A stretch of 64,000 nucleotides of DNA from Promethearchaeota archaeon (GCA_048937405.1 JBHLNF010000009.1:32001-96000); one strand, 5' to 3'; shown: positions 1-11,381, counted from the stretch's first letter. Program-made: numbers and translations. The notes: generated by a model not told the origin, from the letters alone.

Positions 1-174
1 CAATTAAAAATTGAATATTTATCCTTAAATTTCTTAAACTAGAAAAGATATTATTATAAAATAATTATTTAATCTTTCTTTAAATTGCATTTTTTTTAAT
101 CAAATCTAAGCCTATCAGATAGTAGCAAACAAAAATGAAATTAAAAAAATAATAATTCCTAATGTTATAATTAT

Positions 175-1914
175 ATGTTAAAAAAAAAAATAATTTGGAA
201 ACATCATTGGTTTTTAATATCTTCAATTATATTTTTTATAATTTCTGTAAGTTCTTTATTTGCTTTAAGATCTGAAAGTTATATATTTTATGAGAGAATA
301 GATTTTAAATCATATAATAACACTCTTTATGCAAATCTTTACCATCCGACCAAAAAATTGCATTTTCAGCAAAAATCCCCATTGATAATCTTTGCTCATG
401 GATTAGGTGGTCAAAGAGACTTAGATCCGAGAGTAACCAATGAATTTACTAAAAGGGGATTTTATGTTGCAAGTATTGACTATAGAGGCGAGGGAGAAAG
501 TGGGGGTCACATTTTGGATATAAATCCAAATCCTTACATGAACCATACGAATATTCCTGCTATAGCTCAAGATTGTTCTAGATTATTAGATAAGTTATCA
601 CAAATGTCTTTTTTTTCAAAGATAAATATATCTCAAATTGGATTAATTGGACATTCATTAGGGGGTATGGTGGCTTTAATGAATAGCGCATTGGATGATA
701 GGTTTAAGGCAACCGTTACTTGGGCAGGTCTGGTTAATTTTTCTGCTTCTTTTTTTGGAATTACTGAAGATCATCTATTTATGAATTTTATACCCGTTAA
801 AATCATTAATGAAAGTAATCCAACTAATTTATTGGTTATTCAATCCATTTATGATACCACAGTTCCCTTTGAAAATAATGCTTTAGTTGCGAAAAACTTA
901 ACAAATTGTAAATTATTAGAAATTAAAAAACATTTGTTTGGAGGCCCCCATTATTTGTTTTCAGATGAGGTTATTCGTGAAACAATAAAATGGTTTGAAT
1001 TAACCTTTTTCCATTCTGAAACGATTAATGGACCCATTCGCTTAACTTATCTTATAAATTACATTTTACTCGGTTTCAGCTTTATAGGATTATTTTTAAC
1101 AACCTTATCTATCATAAAGTTTTCATTTAAATATTTTTCAATTAAAGATTATTCCAAAAGTGATATTAAAGTAAAGAACAGAGATAAATCAAAAAAATAT
1201 TCAAATAGAAAGGATATTATTAAAGTGTGTTTATGCTTTATAGGTTTTCTAACTCTTTGGATAACAATGTTAAAAATTATAGGAGTAATTGGTCTACTTA
1301 TTTCTCCTATGATTATCCTCTTATTGTATTTTCTATATATAATAATGAAATATATAATTACTGCTGAAATTAAGGGAGAAAAAATAACTACTTACATAGA
1401 ATTAAGATTGAAAGATGAAATTAAATCACAGTTTCATAAAAATGTTATTTTTTATTCATTATTTACCTCTTCTGTATTTTTATTACTTTATCTTGCTCTT
1501 TCATTTTCCTATCCTTTTGCCTTTTTTTCTCCAAGAAATTTTTTGTCATATATTTTAACTTTTAGTATTTACCCCTTTTATTTATCCATGGAAATCTTTT
1601 ATAGAAAGATTATATATCCAAATCTCAAATTCATAAAATCTGCATCGAATAGAACAATAATCACATCTTTAATGGAACTGATTAATGTTGTTGTTTTAAT
1701 ATATTTTTCTAATACTTTATTTCTTATCAGCGGGATGCTTGTTACTTATTTAATGTTTTTAGCAGTTATGGTTATGAACTCAATTATTTATGAAAGAACT
1801 AATAAATTTAGTTCTGTTCTGATAAGTTCTTTTATAATTATTCAAATATTTTTTGGCTCAGTAGTCTCAACGATATTAGGATTTGGCTCTATTGTACGTT
1901 TACTTCATATTTAA
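175..1914 (+). CDS. Alpha/beta hydrolase with C-terminal multi-pass membrane region
   Basis: HGLGG oxyanion motif, GHSLGG nucleophile elbow, DTTVP Asp and PH His; N-terminal TM and about 8 C-terminal hydrophobic helices. Confidence 0.8.
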   Translation: MLKKKIIWKHHWFLISSIIFFIISVSSLFALRSESYIFYERIDFKSYNNTLYANLYHPTKKLHFQQKSPLIIFAHGLGGQRDLDPRVTNEFTKRGFYVASIDYRGEGESGGHILDINPNPYMNHTNIPAIAQDCSRLLDKLSQMSFFSKINISQIGLIGHSLGGMVALMNSALDDRFKATVTWAGLVNFSASFFGITEDHLFMNFIPVKIINESNPTNLLVIQSIYDTTVPFENNALVAKNLTNCKLLEIKKHLFGGPHYLFSDEVIRETIKWFELTFFHSETINGPIRLTYLINYILLGFSFIGLFLTTLSIIKFSFKYFSIKDYSKSDIKVKNRDKSKKYSNRKDIIKVCLCFIGFLTLWITMLKIIGVIGLLISPMIILLLYFLYIIMKYIITAEIKGEKITTYIELRLKDEIKSQFHKNVIFYSLFTSSVFLLLYLALSFSYPFAFFSPRNFLSYILTFSIYPFYLSMEIFYRKIIYPNLKFIKSASNRTIITSLMELINVVVLIYFSNTLFLISGMLVTYLMFLAVMVMNSIIYERTNKFSSVLISSFIIIQIFFGSVVSTILGFGSIVRLLHI

Positions 1915-1936
1915 AGAAAATTTAAAGTATATAGGG

Positions 1937-3217
1937 TCATTTAATCAATTTATTATAGTCTTTATCAAGTGATTGTATCAATAATCGAATAACCTTATAA
2001 GCATCCAAAAGTATTTGGGGATCTACTTTATCTGGTGTATCTTCAGCACTATGAGTATATTTTGCTGCAGCTCTAGTAGTGATATCAATAGAATCAAATT
2101 TTCGTAAATGGAATGGTATTGAATCTGTATGAGCGCCAAGAGAAACATGAAATCCATGATAATTCACTCTTTTAATTTCAGCTGAATTAATAAAATATTG
2201 ACTTAATATTGGTGAAATTTTTTTCCTTGGAACAATACCATAGGATTTGATATATTCTATAAAATTTCTCTTATTATTGGTTATTGAAACCATATCAAAA
2301 TTAATTTGATAAGTATATTTTTTCGTAAATTTTTTGTCAAACATATCTAAAAATTGTCTAGATCCCATTGTTCCTATCTCTTCTCCTGAAAATTGACAAA
2401 ACCATAAATTAAAATTATGAAGTGGAGATTTTTTAAAAAGCGAACTTAACTCAAATACAATTGACATTCCGGTAGCGTTATCCAAGGCACCTGGGGAATC
2501 ATTTTCTATATTAAGAAATAATAAAAAGGCATTTGAAACAACTGTTAGGATAGTTCCAGTAATAATAAAAATTTCCCATAAAATTTCTACAATTCTATTT
2601 ATTTGCTCATAGAAATGGTAATCTACTAAAAAGAAGATATAAAACAAAAATAAGAATATTTCACTATATAGCCATATCCTAATTATAATAACCCTCCATA
2701 TAGTTTTAAAAGATTGAGATTTCGAGTCTAAATGAGCTGAAACTATTATATCTCCCACTTTTTGAGATAAATCATTAGTAGCGGGAATTTTTACAAAAAC
2801 ATTTGTAGCTTTTATGAAATTTCCAAAATGCTTTTCCCAAAATCCCCTAAGTTCAGGATGCCTCAATACTTTAAGCATTGAAAGAAAAATTAATAATAAA
2901 ATCAAGATAGAAAAAAAAGTTAGAAAGGGATACAAATATTTTATGAGAAAAATAGTTGCTATAAAGATTAAATTCATTAGAATAATTATTTTCATCATAG
3001 TTATTGAATAAAATGTTGAGAATTCAAAATTTTGTGTAAATATTTCGTTTTCATTGAAATCTTTTTCTCTGAAAGTTTTTATTGTTAAATTAACAGCTTT
3101 TTCTTCTCCTTCAGTTCCAGCTAATCTGGGAAAGCTAAACTTATTTATATAATCGAGAAATCTTTCTTTGTTTAGACCAGAGTTCTCTTGAGATTCTTTA
3201 TTATTAATCATGATCAA
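1937..3217 (-). CDS. Membrane-embedded M28 family metallopeptidase
   Basis: PRLAGTEGE, SAHLDS, GALDNATG, SGEEIG, INFDMV, TDS and YTHSAEDT motifs; internal TM helices. Confidence 0.8.
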   Translation of the reverse strand: MIMINNKESQENSGLNKERFLDYINKFSFPRLAGTEGEEKAVNLTIKTFREKDFNENEIFTQNFEFSTFYSITMMKIIILMNLIFIATIFLIKYLYPFLTFFSILILLLIFLSMLKVLRHPELRGFWEKHFGNFIKATNVFVKIPATNDLSQKVGDIIVSAHLDSKSQSFKTIWRVIIIRIWLYSEIFLFLFYIFFLVDYHFYEQINRIVEILWEIFIITGTILTVVSNAFLLFLNIENDSPGALDNATGMSIVFELSSLFKKSPLHNFNLWFCQFSGEEIGTMGSRQFLDMFDKKFTKKYTYQINFDMVSITNNKRNFIEYIKSYGIVPRKKISPILSQYFINSAEIKRVNYHGFHVSLGAHTDSIPFHLRKFDSIDITTRAAAKYTHSAEDTPDKVDPQILLDAYKVIRLLIQSLDKDYNKLIK

Positions 3218-3335
3218 TTTATTCCATTCCTATAATACTTAATATTTATTATTTTTTTTTAAAAAATTATAAACAATATTCTTTAATAGATGTTTATTTG
3301 GTTTTAGTAATAAAAGTTCAATAAGGTGATCTATT

Positions 3336-3809
3336 ATCTATAAAAAAATATTAATTGGTATTGATGGATCAGAACATTCTTATAAAGCTTTATTAAAGTC
3401 AATGGATATTCAAAAATCAAGTAATTGTGAAGTGATTGTATTTCATTCAGTAGAACATCATGCAGAACCTAGTGGAATGTTTATGTCACCATCATTTAGC
3501 ATACCTCATATCCACAGTATTTCAGATCCTGATATACAAAGAATAAAAGAAGTTTATGAATTAAATGCTCAAGCTATTATAGATAGAGCTAAAGAAATCT
3601 TTATAGAAGAAGGAATACAAATTGAAGGTAGGTTAATTTTTTCAGATGGACCAGTATCCTACATTAAAAAAATGGTAAAGGAAGAAAATATTGATCTCGT
3701 TATTATTGGGAGCAAAGGTACTCATTCCCTTCTAGAAGAACTATTACTTGGTTCTGTTACAGAGAAAGTCTTAAGATATATTCCTTGTGATATCCTAATT
3801 GTTAGATGA
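3336..3809 (+). CDS. Universal stress protein (UspA family); start re-assigned to near-cognate ATC (or ATT 3333)
   Basis: The frame upstream of ATG 3402 encodes YKKILIGIDGSEHSYKAL (USP strand beta1/helix 1). There is an in-frame TGA at 3327 and SD AAGGTGA at 3323-3329. C-terminus has GSKG..LLLGSVTEKVL..PCDILIVR. Confidence 0.85.
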   Translation: MYKKILIGIDGSEHSYKALLKSMDIQKSSNCEVIVFHSVEHHAEPSGMFMSPSFSIPHIHSISDPDIQRIKEVYELNAQAIIDRAKEIFIEEGIQIEGRLIFSDGPVSYIKKMVKEENIDLVIIGSKGTHSLLEELLLGSVTEKVLRYIPCDILIVR

Positions 3810-3977
3810 TTTTCTTTATTTAGACAAAATTTCTTCTGAGATCCTTTATCAGTCATGTTCAATTTATTTCATTCTTGTATTACTATATACTTATCTTTTT
3901 TTTTAAAATTATTAACAATATATTTATATAGATAATTATTAGGTTTTAATAATATAGGTTCAATTAGGTGGTTTATT

Positions 3978-4454
3978 ATATATAATAAAATAATAATTGG
4001 TGTTGATGGTTCGGAACATTCGTATAAAGCTTTATTAAAAGCAAAAGATCTTCAAAAATTAAAAAAAAGTGAAGTAATTGTGTTTCATTCAATAGAACAT
4101 TATGCTGAACTGACAGGTGGTATCTCTTACGCACCACCGTATGGAATTCATCAAGGTAATAGTGTTTCAAATCCAGAATTAGAAAGAATTAAAGAAACCT
4201 ATGAAAAAACTGCCCAAAAAATTATGAATAAAGCTAGAGAAATTTTCTTGGAAGTAGGAATAGAAGTAGAAACACGAATAGTTTATGATTATGATCCCGT
4301 TTCTTATATTAAAGAGATGGTAAAGAAAGAACATGTTGATCTTGTTATAATTGGTAGTAAAGGTACCCATTCTCTTCTTACAGGAATTTTACTTGGTTCT
4401 GTTGCAGAGAAGGTTTTAAGACACGTTCCTTGTGATATCCTAATTATTAGATAA
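3978..4454 (+). CDS. Universal stress protein, tandem paralog; start re-assigned to ATA (or ATT 3975)
   Basis: The frame upstream of GTG 4080 encodes YNKIIIGVDGSEHSYKAL. There is an in-frame TAA at 3933, no ATG/GTG/TTG in between, and SD TAGGTGG at 3965-3971. Confidence 0.85.
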   Translation: MYNKIIIGVDGSEHSYKALLKAKDLQKLKKSEVIVFHSIEHYAELTGGISYAPPYGIHQGNSVSNPELERIKETYEKTAQKIMNKAREIFLEVGIEVETRIVYDYDPVSYIKEMVKKEHVDLVIIGSKGTHSLLTGILLGSVAEKVLRHVPCDILIIR

Positions 4455-4548
4455 TCTTTTTTAATCTCTTTTTTACTTTTGATGAAACTTTTTTAGGAGT
4501 TGTTTTAACTAAATGGATTAAAAATTATTAAAAAAAAAAAATATGAAA

Positions 4549-7011
4549 TCATTTTCTTATTTTTGCATCTCGTCTATTTAACAATTTAATCGTTGCAACC
4601 TTTAAAAAATTATTACCAAAAAAAGCAGCAAAAGCAAACACCCAAATAAAACCTGCTAAAGCCCAACCTATTGGTGACATAAAAATTCCTACGGCAGCAA
4701 ATATAGTTGCAACCACTTGAGTTGATTCACAGGCAATTAAGAGGATTTTTGAGGGAAAAGGTCGTTTCCAAAAGTTATCTTCATCTGTTCTAGTTAAGTA
4801 TATTGTCATATGACCCGCTACTGTTAATTTCAAGAATATAAATGTCTGAAGAGTCGCAGTACTAAGTAGAAATACAAATCTTCCAATAATAAAGATAGAA
4901 AAACTAAAAGCAACTCCAGCGAGGCCTAAAACAGATGATAAAATCAAAACTCTTTGCATTCTCCATCTAACTGGTTCTGGAGCTATTCTTGTATTATCAA
5001 AAGCAATAGTCATTATTGGTATATCATTTAATAATGCTAAGATCACGATCATAATGGCTGTAATTGGGTAAAAGGCAAAAATTGTGATAGAAAGAACTAA
5101 AAAAATGAGCACTCGAACAGTTTCTGCGATTCTATATACAGCATAACTTTTCATTCTTTCAAATATCGATCGACTTTCTTTTGTAGCATTTATAATCACT
5201 GAGATACCTGGATCGGTCAATACAATATCGGCTGCAGATTTTGCGGCATCTGTTGCATTAGAGACGGCTATCCCAATATCTGCTTTTTTTAAAGCAGGAG
5301 CATCATTTACCCCATCTCCTGTCATTCCAACAACATGGTCTTTATCTTGTAAAAGCTCTACAATATGGTATTTATGTTCCGGATATACTTCAGCAAATCC
5401 ATCAGCATTCTCAACTAAGCTTATTGTTTTAGGATCATCTTTACCTATAATATCTGAAGATACCACAATATTAGTTCCAATTCCTAGATTTCCTGCTATC
5501 TGTTTTGCAATTTCTATATGATCACCTGTTACCATTTTGACATTTATTCCTAATGATCTTGCCGTTTTTATAGTATCAAATGAATCTTCTCTAGGCGGAT
5601 CATGAAGTGCTACAATTCCAATGTATTCCCATACACTTTGATCTTTAGAGATTGCTACACCTAGGGCTCGATATCCCTCTGATGCAAAATCTTTACCTAG
5701 ATTATTAATTTTGGTTTGAAGGGTTTGATCTGCCTTTATTAAAGATATAATTACTTGAATTGCACCCTTTGAAACTAGAAGTACTTTATCATCTTTATTT
5801 TTTATTTTCGCTTCAGTTCTTTTTGTGACTGGATCGAAAGGTTTGAAAGTCATCAATCGATAATTTGAAAAATTTGAATTAATTTCGGTATTTTCCTTTA
5901 TTTTATTAAAAAATGCATCATCAATTGGATCTCTACTTTCTTCTTTCGATGCTAAACCTCCATAAAGAATTACATCATTTTCTGAATAATTATTAAATGG
6001 TATGATTTCAGCTATAGATATTTCATTCTTTGTAAGAGTCCCCGTTTTATCACTGCATAGAACATCAACACTAGCTGCTTCTTCAATTGAAAGCAATTTA
6101 CTTACAATCGCTTTCTTTTTAGCTAATTCCATAGCTCCTACGGCCATTGAAACCATCATAACGGCAGGTAAGGCCACTGGAATTGCTGCTACTATTAAAA
6201 CTAATGCAAATTGAAGTAAATTTAAAAAACTTTCAGCTCTCACAAGCCCAACAATCATAACTATTGCTACAAGTATAACTGCAATAATTATAAGATAATT
6301 ACCAATCTTAATAATAGCTTGTTGAAAGTGGCTCCCTGTCTTTGCCTCTTCAACTAATTTTGTTGTTTTTCCAAAAAATGTATTTAATCCTGTTCCAACA
6401 ACCACACCATCCATTTCTCCTTGACGAATAATAGCCCCTTGATATCCCATATCTGAAATTTTTTTATTAACTGGCAAAGATTCACCTGTTAAAACAGATT
6501 CATCTACTGTGAGATATTCTCCATCAATTAATTTTACATCTGCAGGTATAATATCACCTAACCTCAGATGTACTATATCCCCTGGCACTAATACTTTTGC
6601 ATCTAGTTCAATCCATTTTCCATCTCGAAGAACTTTAGCTCTAAGAGCAAGCTTTTCTTTTAATAATTCTATGGCATTATCTGCTTTATTTTCTTCCCAA
6701 AAACGTACAATGCTATTAATAAAAAGCATCGCAAGAATTATAGCAAAATCATCCCATTGTTGTATAAAAATAGATAGTAAAGCAGCAACCTCAATCATCC
6801 AGGGAATAGGCCCCCAAAAGTTTTTTATAAATTTAACCCAGGGACGAACTTTTTTCTCAGGAATTTCATTATAGCCATATTCTTCTAATCTAACTTTAAC
6901 CTCATTTTCACCAAGTCCTCTATTATTTGTTGAGAGTTTTGAATATACAACATCTATACTCATATTTTTTGCTTTTTCAGATGTCAATATTTCCATTGTC
7001 ATGTTATTCAT
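4549..7011 (-). CDS. P-type ATPase, P3A (plasma-membrane-type H+-exporting) family
   Basis: TGES, IPVALPAVM, CSDKTGTLT, PFDPVTKRT, KGA, MVTGD, FAEVYPEHK, TGDGVNDAPALKKAD and ILALLND motifs typical of P3A pumps. Confidence 0.9.
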   Translation of the reverse strand: MNNMTMEILTSEKAKNMSIDVVYSKLSTNNRGLGENEVKVRLEEYGYNEIPEKKVRPWVKFIKNFWGPIPWMIEVAALLSIFIQQWDDFAIILAMLFINSIVRFWEENKADNAIELLKEKLALRAKVLRDGKWIELDAKVLVPGDIVHLRLGDIIPADVKLIDGEYLTVDESVLTGESLPVNKKISDMGYQGAIIRQGEMDGVVVGTGLNTFFGKTTKLVEEAKTGSHFQQAIIKIGNYLIIIAVILVAIVMIVGLVRAESFLNLLQFALVLIVAAIPVALPAVMMVSMAVGAMELAKKKAIVSKLLSIEEAASVDVLCSDKTGTLTKNEISIAEIIPFNNYSENDVILYGGLASKEESRDPIDDAFFNKIKENTEINSNFSNYRLMTFKPFDPVTKRTEAKIKNKDDKVLLVSKGAIQVIISLIKADQTLQTKINNLGKDFASEGYRALGVAISKDQSVWEYIGIVALHDPPREDSFDTIKTARSLGINVKMVTGDHIEIAKQIAGNLGIGTNIVVSSDIIGKDDPKTISLVENADGFAEVYPEHKYHIVELLQDKDHVVGMTGDGVNDAPALKKADIGIAVSNATDAAKSAADIVLTDPGISVIINATKESRSIFERMKSYAVYRIAETVRVLIFLVLSITIFAFYPITAIMIVILALLNDIPIMTIAFDNTRIAPEPVRWRMQRVLILSSVLGLAGVAFSFSIFIIGRFVFLLSTATLQTFIFLKLTVAGHMTIYLTRTDEDNFWKRPFPSKILLIACESTQVVATIFAAVGIFMSPIGWALAGFIWVFAFAAFFGNNFLKVATIKLLNRRDAKIRK

Positions 7012-7215
7012 TCTATCGATTTTTGATTATTATTTAATTTTCATTCTTTGTCAAAAAGAAATTCAAAATTTTATTAAATAATAAATAAATTGGATTTTTA
7101 AACATATTATCTTAAATTTATAAATAAAAATTAAATTGAAATGTTTCTTCAGTACTTTTATAATGATTCTGTGTATTTTTCCTTTTAATGCAAAATAAAT
7201 TACTTTTTTAATCAA

Positions 7216-8925
7216 TTAATCAATTTTACTTTTCCATATTGGTTGTTTTATCAAATTATATGATTTCAAGGCATATTCTTCCATCATGCGATTTGTATTA
7301 AAATATGCACCCAACCTAATTGCATATTTCATTCTTTCTTGCCATTCATCTCTCCTATGATAAAATAGAGGTATTATTTCATTTTCTAATTTATTATACA
7401 TATCTTCAACATCTATAGAATCATCTACAATTTGTGCTTTTGGATCAGATGGTTCAGGGCCTATTGCCCATCCGGCTTTCTTATCAGACATAAAATAACC
7501 CTCTATCCACCAACCGTCTAATGTAGAAAAATTAAGTACACCATTAATTGACGCTTTCATACCACTTGTCCCACTTGCCTCTAAATATCTTCTAGGATTA
7601 TTTAACCATAAATCAACTCCACTCACTAATAATTTTGCTAGTGAAATCTCATAATTTTCTAAAAAGATAAGACCTATACCATATGAATTCCATAAATAAT
7701 CACTATATTCATTAATCTTTCTTATATAATCTTTAGATTGCAGATCTGCAGGATGTGCTTTTCCAGCAAAAATTAGTTGTGCTTTTTTCTTGATAATTTT
7801 GGCTAATCGTTCAAGGTCATTAAAAATTAATAGAGGCCGTTTGTATTCAGCTATTCTCCTACAAAAACCAATTGTTAACAAGTCTTTATCAAATAAAATC
7901 CAAGAATGTGAATTCTCATATTCAATAAGACTTCTTTTTGCTTTCTTATGTACTCTCCACAACTCATAGCTATCCAAACTCAAAGCGTTCTCAAAAACAT
8001 TTAAATTATGGTGCCAATCTCGAGTTAATTCTTCATTCAAAAAATCTCTCATATATGGTGATAACCAATACCCTACATGAATTCCATTTGTTATAGGATT
8101 AATTTCATAGTTTGGAAACATTTTTTTTGAGATTTCGGTGTGTTTTTTTGAAACAGCATTAATATAACCACTGGCATTTAAAGCTAGAATAGTCATATTT
8201 AGTTTGTTTTTTCCTCCAAAATCATGGATTTGATCTGGTAAACGATTTCGAAAGACATCATTTACTAGATTATAATCAAATTCCTCGAGTCCCGCCCTAA
8301 CTGGAGTATGAGTTGTAAATACACAATGTTTCTTTAAATCCTCCAGATTTTTATATTTTTTTAGAAGTTCAAAGACTAAAAAAGCAGCATGTCCTTCATT
8401 TAGATGATAGGTTTTTATGTTATGGTATCCTAATTTTTCTAACATTCTGTATCCACAAATGCCAAGAATCATCTCTTGAGCTATTCGTTGAAATGGATTC
8501 GCATCATACAACATATGTGTTAAATTTCTTTGCCATGGTTCATTTTCATTAAGATCAGTGTCCAATAATATAATTGGTATTTTATGCCCATTTCTACCTA
8601 TAACTTCATACTTCCATGCTTCAACCTTAATTAATTTATCTTGTAGTTCGAGAGTTACTTGTTGGTCAATTTTTTTAAAATCATTACTGAAATCCCATTC
8701 CATCTCTTTTTCAATTTGTTCTCCATTTGAACCAATCTGTTGATAGAAGTATCCGGCATCATATGTCAATGTGATAGCGATCATCGGTAACCCCATATCA
8801 GCAGCAGATCGAAGGGTATCTCCTGCTAAAATCCCCAAACCTCCAGAATAGATAGGTAAGCTACTCTCTAAAGCAATTTCCATAGAGAAATAAGCAATCT
8901 CTTGATCTTGATCATCATCATTCAT
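7216..8925 (-). CDS. glgP: Alpha-glucan (glycogen) phosphorylase, GT35
   Basis: AYFSME, YSGGLGILAGD, HLNEGH, FTTHTP, ITNGIH, GKAHP and PLP-lysine motif EASGTSGMK. Confidence 0.92.
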   Translation of the reverse strand: MNDDDQDQEIAYFSMEIALESSLPIYSGGLGILAGDTLRSAADMGLPMIAITLTYDAGYFYQQIGSNGEQIEKEMEWDFSNDFKKIDQQVTLELQDKLIKVEAWKYEVIGRNGHKIPIILLDTDLNENEPWQRNLTHMLYDANPFQRIAQEMILGICGYRMLEKLGYHNIKTYHLNEGHAAFLVFELLKKYKNLEDLKKHCVFTTHTPVRAGLEEFDYNLVNDVFRNRLPDQIHDFGGKNKLNMTILALNASGYINAVSKKHTEISKKMFPNYEINPITNGIHVGYWLSPYMRDFLNEELTRDWHHNLNVFENALSLDSYELWRVHKKAKRSLIEYENSHSWILFDKDLLTIGFCRRIAEYKRPLLIFNDLERLAKIIKKKAQLIFAGKAHPADLQSKDYIRKINEYSDYLWNSYGIGLIFLENYEISLAKLLVSGVDLWLNNPRRYLEASGTSGMKASINGVLNFSTLDGWWIEGYFMSDKKAGWAIGPEPSDPKAQIVDDSIDVEDMYNKLENEIIPLFYHRRDEWQERMKYAIRLGAYFNTNRMMEEYALKSYNLIKQPIWKSKID

Positions 8926-9219
8926 TTTTAAATTACTCCTTAGTAGCAGTTAAAATTATAATGATTATTATTGTTATTAGCGTTATAAGGATATGCCTTA
9001 AAAAAAATTAGTTTTTTGAACTTTTCTTCAGCAGATTTTAAAAATAAGGATTTTAACCTTATTTATTACTATTAATCATTTAGATGCTCTAAAGCGACTT
9101 TTATGTCAAATTACATTATTAATTATTAGAGTAATTTGATTTTATAAAATTTTATACATAGCTTTATAAAGGCAATTATCTGAATGAGAATAAAACTAAA
9201 TTTGAGAATATTGTAAGAG

Positions 9220-11316
9220 ATGACTGTAGACTTTAATGTAAATAATGTGAGTTTCCATTTTCTTTCATTATACTGGATATTTTTTGTTTTAGTAATTATA
9301 TTGTCCATTTTAGGATTATTTTATATAATGTGGCTTATGAAAAAGTTGTCAAATTTAGAAAATGGAACAGAAGAAATGGTAAAAATACACGATTTAATCA
9401 AATTAGGATCTAATGCTTATCTAAAAAGGCAATTTAAAACGATTAGTATAGTCTTAATAATTCTTTCTGGTTTACTTTTTATTTTTAATATACCATTAGC
9501 GATATCATTTATAATTGGGGCAATAACTTCTTTAATAGCAAGTTATATCAGTATGATCGTATCAACTTTATCAAATGTAAAAGTAACACAAGCTTGTAAA
9601 AAGGACTTGAATAGCGCTTTAAAAATAGGTTTTAATGCGGGGATGGTAATTGGAGTTTCAGTAATTTCTATTTCTTTATTAGGAATTAGTATTTTATACC
9701 TATTGTCTAATTTCAATATTCAAAATATTGTTGGTTTTGCTTTTGGAGCCTCTTTTTCGGCTCTCTTTGCTCAATTAGGGGGTGGGATATATACAAAAGG
9801 AGCAGATATTGGAGCTGATTTAGTAGGAAAATTAGAATATGGATTACCCGAGGATGATATACGGAATCCAGCAGCTATAGCCGACAATGTTGGCGATAAT
9901 GTTGGAGATTGTGCAGGTAGAGGGGCAGATCTCTATGAATCTTCTTCAGCAAATAACATTGCAGCAATGATGATTGGGGCAGCTTTAAGTGCAGTTACAA
10001 ACAATCCGTTATTCATTATTTTTTCCTTAATCTCAAGAGCTTTAGGTAATGTTACTGGTATGATAAGTGGATATTTTGTAAAGATTAAAGAAAAAGATAA
10101 ATCTCCGATCGCGGCATTTGCAAGAAGTCTAATTTCTTCAGCCGTATTAAATATATTTATTTTTTTAATATTAACACTGATTTGCTTTCAAACAGGTTGG
10201 CAATATTTATTCATTAGTTCAGTTTTAGGAATAGCATTAGGATTATCAACTTATTTTCTGGTTGATTATTATACATCCTCAAGATATAAACCAGTAAAAC
10301 ATGTTATAAAAAGTTCTGAAACTGGTGCGGCCACAAATGTAATAAGTGGTTTTTCTTTAGGTTTAGAATCTCCGACAATTCCAGTAATCTCATTTGTTAT
10401 AGCAATTATTATAACATTTCTTCTTGGTGAGCAATATGGGATAGTGAACAATTTTAATCAATATTTAGGAGGAGTATTTGGGATAACTGTTGCAACAATG
10501 GGATTATTATCAATTACAACTATAATATTGGCGTTTGATGGTTTTGGACCCGTATCTGATAATGCTGCTGGAATAGCAGAAATGTCACATCAAGGAGAAA
10601 AAGTACGATATAACTTAGATAGATTAGATGCTGTAGGTAATACAACCAAAGCATTAGCAAAAGGATTTGGTATTACATGCGCTGCATTATCTGCTATAAT
10701 ATTATTTGAAGCTTATTTAGAAGAAATTAAAACTATTGATGTTAATATTTATCATCCTGTAATATTATGTGCATTACTAATCGGAGCAGTGATTCCTTTT
10801 ATTTTTTCTGCATTAGCAATTAGGTCAGCAGGGGTGGCAGCATATGGAATGATTAAAGAGATTCAACGACAATTTGAAGAAGAACCAGGAATACTTGAAA
10901 ATAAATCATTACCAGATTATGAGAAATGTATTGATACTGGTACTAAAGTAGCTTTAAAGCAAATGATAGTTCCTGCATTATTACCTACTTTAACTCCTAT
11001 TATTCTTGGTTTTTTATTTGGTCCTGTCGCGTTAGCTGCATTTATAATATCTGGCACTATATCAGGTATAATCTTAGGATTTGTTTTAAATACTGGTGGA
11101 GGAGCTCTTGACAATACTAAAAAAGCAATCGAAGGGGGACTTTTAGGGGGTAAAGGTTCCGTAGCGCATAAAGCTTCAATTGTCGGAGACACATTCGGTG
11201 ATCCTTTAAAAGATACGGCAGGTCCATCCCTACATATTCTTGTCAAAGTAATAAATACGGTTTCAATAGCTTTTGCTCCTATCTTCATTACTTTTGGAGC
11301 ATTAATAATTTTATAA
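9220..11316 (+). CDS. hppA: Membrane-bound H+-translocating pyrophosphatase, K+-independent type
   Basis: GGGIYTKGADIGADLVGK, EDDIRNP, DNVGDNVGD, GNTTKA (Lys at the K+ site) and GDTFGDPLKDTAGPS. Confidence 0.92.
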   Translation: MTVDFNVNNVSFHFLSLYWIFFVLVIILSILGLFYIMWLMKKLSNLENGTEEMVKIHDLIKLGSNAYLKRQFKTISIVLIILSGLLFIFNIPLAISFIIGAITSLIASYISMIVSTLSNVKVTQACKKDLNSALKIGFNAGMVIGVSVISISLLGISILYLLSNFNIQNIVGFAFGASFSALFAQLGGGIYTKGADIGADLVGKLEYGLPEDDIRNPAAIADNVGDNVGDCAGRGADLYESSSANNIAAMMIGAALSAVTNNPLFIIFSLISRALGNVTGMISGYFVKIKEKDKSPIAAFARSLISSAVLNIFIFLILTLICFQTGWQYLFISSVLGIALGLSTYFLVDYYTSSRYKPVKHVIKSSETGAATNVISGFSLGLESPTIPVISFVIAIIITFLLGEQYGIVNNFNQYLGGVFGITVATMGLLSITTIILAFDGFGPVSDNAAGIAEMSHQGEKVRYNLDRLDAVGNTTKALAKGFGITCAALSAIILFEAYLEEIKTIDVNIYHPVILCALLIGAVIPFIFSALAIRSAGVAAYGMIKEIQRQFEEEPGILENKSLPDYEKCIDTGTKVALKQMIVPALLPTLTPIILGFLFGPVALAAFIISGTISGIILGFVLNTGGGALDNTKKAIEGGLLGGKGSVAHKASIVGDTFGDPLKDTAGPSLHILVKVINTVSIAFAPIFITFGALIIL

Positions 11317-11381
11317 AACAATTTTTCTACTAAAAAGATAAAATGAATTTTAACAAAATAAAAGAATAATAAAATAAAAAT

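Larger units (their letters stand above)
3163..4454. repeat. Diverged tandem duplication of about 645 bp (3163-3809 vs 3811-4454) covering the USP gene, its upstream region and the 5' tip of the divergent M28 gene
   Basis: tttctttgtttagaccagagttctcttgagattcttta...atcatgatcaatttattccattcc (3163-) aligns with tttctttatttagacaaaatttcttctgagatccttta...gtcatgttcaatttatttcattct (3811-); similarity continues through the promoter and USP. Confidence 0.8.
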
